Shown here piece after piece: positions 27,417 to 32,000 of a DNA stretch of 32,000 bases; positions within the stretch are counted from its first letter, which is position 1; the number at the start of each line of letters is the position of its first letter. Where the stretch lies: assembly GCA_007618135.1 (NCBI GenBank), contig PHFX01000170.1, positions 516-32,515 on the forward strand, in the 5' to 3' direction. Position numbers and translations under genes: made by a program. This stretch comes from Candidatus Brocadia sp. WS118 (GTDB lineage Bacteria > Planctomycetota > Brocadiia > Brocadiales > Brocadiaceae). The notes under the pieces are model-generated. The model saw only the letters and a program-made list of their open reading frames with translations, did not search any database and was not told where the DNA came from.

Positions 27417-27460
27417 AGGTCAACATATTCGCTGGAACTATTTTGTGAATAGTTGACCTT
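27417..27460 (+). terminator. Hairpin downstream of the radical SAM gene
   Basis: AGGTCAACATATTC / GAATAGTTGACCT arms around about 14 nt, followed by TTCTT. Confidence 0.5.
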
Positions 27461-27524
27461 TCTTATTTAAAGTTTTGTTCAGCACCCCCGCCTGACATCT
27501 TCAATCGGGGAGGAGAAACTGTTT

Positions 27525-27562
27525 TCCCCACCCCTTGCGGGAGGGGTTAGGGGAGGGGGTGG
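27525..27562 (+). repeat. GC-rich repeat copy A, with G-quadruplex-like pattern
   Basis: CCCCACCCCTTGCGGGAGGGGTTAGGGGAGGGGGTGG; related to copies B and C. Confidence 0.6.
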
Positions 27563-27635
27563 ACAGCCGGGTAGGTTAGATTAAGAAATAGTTTGATGGA
27601 TTCGGCGTAAAAACCAAATTGTATAGGCTTTTCAG

Positions 27636-27690
27636 TTTATTTAAGCGGTTTTTTGGGTGGCATGAATAAACCCTGCTTGTCTGCGTTTAA
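27636..27690 (+). repeat. Short interspersed repeat, copy 3 (TTTATTTAAGCGGTTTTTTGGGTGGCA...)
   Basis: 27-nt exact match (27636-27662) to 29270-29296. Confidence 0.8.
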
Positions 27691-27720
27691 CTTAATTGAA
27701 CATAATTTTAGCACAAACTA

Positions 27721-27828
27721 TTCCCCTCTTGGGAGGGGTTGGGGGTGGGTACCTTGATCGTGAAAATCAGTGAATATCTCACGAATTACCGGCTTACCCG
27801 CCCCTAAATCCCCTCCCAAGAGGGGACT
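27721..27828. repeat. Inverted repeat formed by GC-rich copies B and C
   Basis: CCCCTCTTGGGAGGGG (27723-27738) is the exact reverse complement of CCCCTCCCAAGAGGGG (27810-27825), and homology extends outward as imperfect GGGGGTGGGT / ACCCGCCCCT. Confidence 0.8.
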
Positions 27829-27850
27829 TTCTCACCTGAGAACGAACACT

Positions 27851-29062
27851 ATGTCAAAGGTCGTAATTACAGGGTTAGGATTGGTCACACCCGTCGGGGT
27901 TGGCGTCAGGCAAAGCTGGGAATCGTTCATCCAGGGCAGGAACGGCGCCAACGAGATGAAGTCCTTCGACACCTCAAAATATAAGGTGCATCGTTCCTGT
28001 GAAGCAAAAAATTTCCAATGGGACTTTGAACTAAAGAATCAGATCAAAGAAAACACGATCCATAAATATGTCTATTGCGCAGCCAGGGAGGCGCTCCAGG
28101 AAAGTGGTTTATTGCATGATAAGAAATTCAACCGGGAGCGATTTGGTATTGCCATAGGAACCTTGGCCGCCGAGTTGACGCCGTTTGAGAGACTCTTGCG
28201 ATTAGACACCTCGAAAAAAGACAACGGTTTCGATAAAATCGTTGCTGCCGTTTACCCGCCCAATTCGATCACCAATATCCTGTCTAAAAATTTTGATTTT
28301 GAAGGTCCCACCATGATCTCGCTGAACGCCTGCTCGTCCGGCAACCACGCCATTGCATGGGCATATGACCGCCTTGTGGATAATAAGGTTGATGTAGTAA
28401 TGGTCGGTGGAGGCGACATGATCCCTCAAACGGAATTTACCCACTTTCATAACCTCAAGGCCTTAGCGCCCGAACGTTGTCAACCCTTCGACAAAAACCG
28501 TCAGGGACTTATGATTGGCGAAGGGGCAGGGATATTGATTATGGAACGCTATGAGTTTGCCAAAAAACGCGGTGCAGCGATTATTGCTGAGATGGTGGGT
28601 TATGGGTTGAGCTGCGATGGATTTCATATGACGGCGCCCCATCCAGAAGGTGACGGGGCGGTAAAGTGCATGAGCGATGCGCTAAAAATGGCAAACATTT
28701 CTTCTGCTGATATCGGTTACATCAACGCACATGGCACAGGAACCCCGCACAATGACAAGACCGAAACAACCGCTATAAAACGCGTATTTGGCGAAGGTGC
28801 ATATAGGATTCCCTGCAGTTCCACCAAATCGATGATTGGCCACCTCATGGGCGCAGCCAGCGCTGTGGAATCAGTTGTCTGCTGTCTGGTATTGAGACAT
28901 GGAGTAGTTCCTCCGACAATTAATTACGAAATCCCCGATCCGGAATGCGATCTCGATTACGTACCCAATGCAGCGCGTGAGGTAAAAGTGGATCACGCAT
29001 TAAATAATTCCTTCGCCTTCGGCGGAAACAATGCAACTACAATATTTAGTAGGATGGGTTAA
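27851..29062 (+). CDS. Beta-ketoacyl-ACP synthase (FabF-like) with intact catalytic triad
   Basis: SKVVITGLGLVTPVG, active-site Cys in ISLNACSSGNHAIAWAYD, His in YINAHGTGTPHNDKTET and STKSMIGHLMGAASAVESV, C-term NSFAFGGNNATTIF. The ORF track extends upstream to 27770 into a repeat; ATG at 27851 matches the family start. Confidence 0.94.
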   Translation: MSKVVITGLGLVTPVGVGVRQSWESFIQGRNGANEMKSFDTSKYKVHRSCEAKNFQWDFELKNQIKENTIHKYVYCAAREALQESGLLHDKKFNRERFGIAIGTLAAELTPFERLLRLDTSKKDNGFDKIVAAVYPPNSITNILSKNFDFEGPTMISLNACSSGNHAIAWAYDRLVDNKVDVVMVGGGDMIPQTEFTHFHNLKALAPERCQPFDKNRQGLMIGEGAGILIMERYEFAKKRGAAIIAEMVGYGLSCDGFHMTAPHPEGDGAVKCMSDALKMANISSADIGYINAHGTGTPHNDKTETTAIKRVFGEGAYRIPCSSTKSMIGHLMGAASAVESVVCCLVLRHGVVPPTINYEIPDPECDLDYVPNAAREVKVDHALNNSFAFGGNNATTIFSRMG

Positions 29063-29269
29063 ACATGTCCTGAGCTTGCCGAATGGACGAAGCAAACCTC
29101 AAGACTGGTTATCAATCTTGCAGATTGAACCATATATTTGAACGTTACTCTAAAGCGTGAACTTGTGCATTGAGACGGAATTATACCAAATGTTTTGGTT
29201 CAATCGAGGACGAATGAACCAGCAAAGACCAGCAAAGGGACGATTGTTCCGGCAAAGAGGAATCTTCAT

Positions 29270-29324
29270 TTTATTTAAGCGGTTTTTTGGGTGGCACGGA
29301 CAAACTTTGTTCGTCCGTGTTTTG
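29270..29324 (+). repeat. Short interspersed repeat, copy 4, followed by a hairpin (CACGGACAAACTTTGTTCGTCCGTG)
   Basis: 27-nt exact match to copy 3 plus a near-perfect stem. Confidence 0.8.
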
Positions 29325-29335
29325 TCGGGTATGCA

Positions 29336-30571
29336 ATGAAAAAACGAGTCGTTATAACCGGTTTAGGTGTCGTATCCCCTCTGGGATGCGGAAAAGAGGC
29401 ATTCTGGAACAATCTTCTTGATGGAAAATCTGGCATTGCACCGATGTCAACCCTCGACCTCTCTCCGTATAAATGTAAATTGGGAGGCGAAGTGAGGGAC
29501 CTTAAACCGGAGGTATATCTTGGCAGTAAAGGCTTAAAATATCTAAACAAGGGCACACGCTTTCTGGGGTCTGCTGCTAAGATGGCAATTGACGATGCAA
29601 GGCTTCCTACGGACGGTTCCCTGTCGGAACAGATGGGCATTGTCATCGGTTCATCCCTGGGCAATTTTTCTGAGACAACGGATTATTTTTATGAAATCAT
29701 CAGGAACAATCCCTCTGAACTATCTCCCATGCTCAGCTATGACGTTGCCTTGAATTCTTCCATTAATTACGTATCGGTCATCTTTAAAATCAAGGGACTT
29801 GCCCGCACGGTATCTGCGGGTTTCACGTCAAGTACCGATGCCATTGGAGATGCGTATAAAATGATTCAGCGGGATATGGCACAGGTAATCGTGGCGGGTG
29901 GTGTCGAGCAGATATCCATTGATCTGTATCTCATATTTTACCTGCGCGGTTTGTTGTCCGGTCTTGATGGCACACAAGAGGCGAGCCTGCCCTTTGATAA
30001 GGAGAGAAACGGTTTTGTCATGGCAGAAGGCAGTTACGTGGTCATCCTGGAAGAATTCCAGCATGCCCTGGACAGGGGCGCTCATATCTATGCGGAGGTA
30101 AAGGGATTTGGGAATACCTTCGTGGGTGGCAAAGACCATCCGGCAGAGGTACGTATGTGTCGTGCCGAAAAGGCAATGCGTGAGGCACTGGAAGATGCTG
30201 AAGTAAAGAAAGAAGACGTTGACTTCATCAGTGCAAATGCAAATGGATGCAAGATGCAGGACGCAATCGAGGCGAAGGCAATCCAATCGTTATTCGGCGC
30301 AGGGAGCATTCGTATTCCCGTATCTGCAATAAAATCGAACATTGGCGAATCGTACGGAACCGCCGGTGCTGCCCAGCTCATTTCATCAATCATGTCGATA
30401 AACACAGGTAAAATACCGCACATCATGAATCACACTAAAAAAGATCAGACAATAAATTTGAATCTCATCATAGACAAACCACTCAAAAAAGAAATCCAGA
30501 ATACGTTAATAAATACCATGGATTATGATGGGAATAATTCATGTCTGGTAGTGAGCAGGTTATGCAAATAG
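29336..30571 (+). CDS. Ketosynthase-like protein lacking catalytic residues (chain-length-factor-like)
   Basis: KKRVVITGLGVVSPLGCGKEAFWNNLLDG start and ketosynthase-like body, but VSAGFTSSTDAIGDAY in place of the Cys motif, ISANANGCKMQDAIEAKAI in place of NAHGT, and AIKSNIGESYGTAGAAQ in place of KSxxGH. Confidence 0.85.
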   Translation: MKKRVVITGLGVVSPLGCGKEAFWNNLLDGKSGIAPMSTLDLSPYKCKLGGEVRDLKPEVYLGSKGLKYLNKGTRFLGSAAKMAIDDARLPTDGSLSEQMGIVIGSSLGNFSETTDYFYEIIRNNPSELSPMLSYDVALNSSINYVSVIFKIKGLARTVSAGFTSSTDAIGDAYKMIQRDMAQVIVAGGVEQISIDLYLIFYLRGLLSGLDGTQEASLPFDKERNGFVMAEGSYVVILEEFQHALDRGAHIYAEVKGFGNTFVGGKDHPAEVRMCRAEKAMREALEDAEVKKEDVDFISANANGCKMQDAIEAKAIQSLFGAGSIRIPVSAIKSNIGESYGTAGAAQLISSIMSINTGKIPHIMNHTKKDQTINLNLIIDKPLKKEIQNTLINTMDYDGNNSCLVVSRLCK

Positions 30572-30579
30572 TATAATGC

Positions 30580-31158
30580 TTATTGAGTGTGTTTTATCTG
30601 ATATATATTATGGGCAACGTCTGGAATGATAGCGTAATCAGCTTTGATTCCGCATTCATTCAGTAAATATTCTAAGCCCAGCGCGGAGCCCCGTTCTTCA
30701 TCCGCAACCCCTGCCAAAAGAAATTGTCCTTTCAGAAACCTTGCAACGGCCATCATGGAGGCCATCTGCCCTTTGTTGTCTGAAGAGCCCCTGCCATAGA
30801 TTCTGCCATCTTCTCTCCATGCCTCAAAGGGATTCCTCTCCCAGTTCCAGTCGTCGCCTGCCGGCACAACGTCTAAATGACATGCAACCAGCAATGCGGG
30901 GGCGGACGGCTGTTTGTCCCTGCCTCCAATATATCCGATGATATTTGTCCGATCCTTCGTTTTTTCAAAGAGTTCATAGGGAATCTGGAGTGATTGAAAG
31001 AAATCCGCAACAACTCGCGCTGCAAGGATTTCATTTCCTGGAGGATTTTCGGTCTTTGTATTGATTAATTTGCATGCAAGATCGACGATCTCCTTTTCTT
31101 CACCTCTCAGGTATTTGCCAATAAACTCCCTGAGATTGTTTGACGTATCGTATTTCAT
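30580..31158 (-). pseudogene. Truncated M20 family metallopeptidase (ArgE/DapE-like)
   Basis: N-terminal half of an M20 enzyme: LLVACHLDVVPAGDDWNWERNPFEAWREDGRIYGRGSSDNKGQMASM and GVADEERGSALG. It stops at YAIIPDVAHNIYQIKHTQ, where full-length family members continue for roughly 200 aa more. Confidence 0.7.
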
Positions 31159-31373
31159 AGCAGTTGCACCGAAGATCTGAAATTTACGGCAAGTAAAGTA
31201 AAAATTGTGATAATATTAGCGAACAACAGGAGGGATTTCAAATTAAATCATTGATAAAAATTATAAATACTTATAAAATTATCCTGTTCATGGGAGATTT
31301 CATATGCAAAGAAAATGCCGTTCCTATAGGACTCATTTATACGATAACCTTTTTAAGTTAAGGTTGATTATGT

Positions 31374-32000
31374 ATGGGAAGTAATTTTTTACTGCCCCTT
31401 TCGCGTACAGAGGAATCTTTAATATCTGAGCTTAGGTCTTCTTTTCTTGTTTTACCCTCTCAGTTATCTGTTGAATCTGCCTGGTTGAAGAATCTGAGTC
31501 GTTTGAAGAATCTTGTTCTTAATAATGACCCTCGATTTTTTTTACGTTGGGATATTATTATAAAAACCATGTTTATTCCTGATGCGGTTTATACGCCTGT
31601 TGAGTTGAGTTATTTATTGTGTCTTTCTGACTTTGCTTCTCGGTGGTGTTCTGCTATTAAAGAGTCGCCTTTTGGCTCTCCTGCCCTCTCCAAATATTAT
31701 CCAGATAGCAGTGGTAATCTCATACATCATGCTTATCATCTTGCTCAATTTGAGTCTCTTTATAAGACTCAGGTTAATGGCATGAATTTTGTTTTAGAGT
31801 TTGGAGGTGGTTACGGTAGTATGTGCCGATTGTATTATAATCTTGGTTTCTCTGGTCGTTATATAATCTTTGATTTGCCTGAATTATCTGCTTTGCAGAG
31901 GTATTATCTTAAATCTCTTGGTTTGCCTGTTTTGTCTGTTGCCGATTTTGTGAAGGGAGATGAGGGGGTATTATGTGTTTCTGATATGCATCAGTTGTCT
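31374..32000 (+). CDS. Putative (sugar O-)methyltransferase, truncated by the window end
   Basis: 209 open codons from ATG 31374 to the window edge: MGSNFLLPLSRTEESLISELRSS...NLIHHAYHLAQFESLYKTQVNGMNFVLEFGGGYGSMCRLYYNLGFSGRYIIFDLPELSALQRYYLKSLG. The EFGGGYGSM SAM-binding glycine motif fits the family. Absent from the ORF track. Confidence 0.65.
   Translation, partial: MGSNFLLPLSRTEESLISELRSSFLVLPSQLSVESAWLKNLSRLKNLVLNNDPRFFLRWDIIIKTMFIPDAVYTPVELSYLLCLSDFASRWCSAIKESPFGSPALSKYYPDSSGNLIHHAYHLAQFESLYKTQVNGMNFVLEFGGGYGSMCRLYYNLGFSGRYIIFDLPELSALQRYYLKSLGLPVLSVADFVKGDEGVLCVSDMHQLS

Noticed and set aside
27770-27850. N-terminal extension MNISRITGLPAPKSPPKRGLSHLRTNT of the first ketosynthase ORF
   Set aside because: It is translated from the inverted repeat copy C. 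The family start MSKVVITGLG fits the ATG at 27851.
29291-29310. Possible sigma-54 promoter TGGCACGGACAAACT within repeat copy 4
   Set aside because: TGGCACG matches the -24 element, but the required -12 TTGC at the right spacing is absent (reads AAACT), so it is more likely a coincidence of the repeat sequence.
29291-29335. N-terminal extension MARTNFVRPCFVGYA of the second ketosynthase-like ORF
   Set aside because: It is encoded by the dispersed repeat copy 4. The ATG at 29336 gives the expected MKKRVVITGLG start.
29275-29664. 129-aa minus-strand ORF opposite the second ketosynthase start, plus antisense ORFs at 29828-30286 and 30088-30426
   Set aside because: They lie wholly or largely inside a well-supported ketosynthase-like gene and show no recognisable motifs.
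1-32000. CRISPR arrays, tRNA or rRNA genes, and complete insertion sequences
   Set aside because: No regularly spaced direct repeats with spacers, no tRNA-like or rRNA-like sequence, and no transposase ORF noticed on reading. Only short dispersed repeats were found.

Overview
The window is gene-dense and bacterial. The left part (about 0-11 kb) carries mostly housekeeping genes: rnc, a NYN-domain protein, pheA, tpiA, secG, yicC, gmk, a coaC-type flavoprotein, dut, ftsK, rimO and pgsA. The middle (about 11-18 kb) is accessory: a Uma2-type protein, a membrane protein with NnrS-like character flanked by two DUF1858-like modules, an orphan ParA, and a large secreted GH44-like multidomain enzyme. 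Sequence just upstream of parA looks like eroded C-termini of a KtrB/TrkH and a KtrA/TrkA gene. At 18.4-23.8 kb there is an apparent three-gene sensory operon: periplasmic ABC-type binding protein, hybrid-sensor-like histidine kinase, and sigma-54 activator. It is followed by a perfect 64-bp palindrome, a possible 22-aa membrane microprotein and a decayed PAS sensor gene. At 25.5-30.6 kb lie acpS, a B12-binding-type radical SAM enzyme, a ketosynthase with an intact Cys-His-His triad, and a second ketosynthase in which all three catalytic residues are replaced. The latter pair resembles a KS/chain-length-factor arrangement. Short repeat families sit upstream of both ketosynthases. The window ends inside a putative methyltransferase gene that the ORF track missed. 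A planctomycete/anammox-type source is my guess from overall style and was not verified. If correct, the KS/KS-like/radical SAM locus would be a candidate for unusual lipid (for example ladderane-related) biosynthesis.
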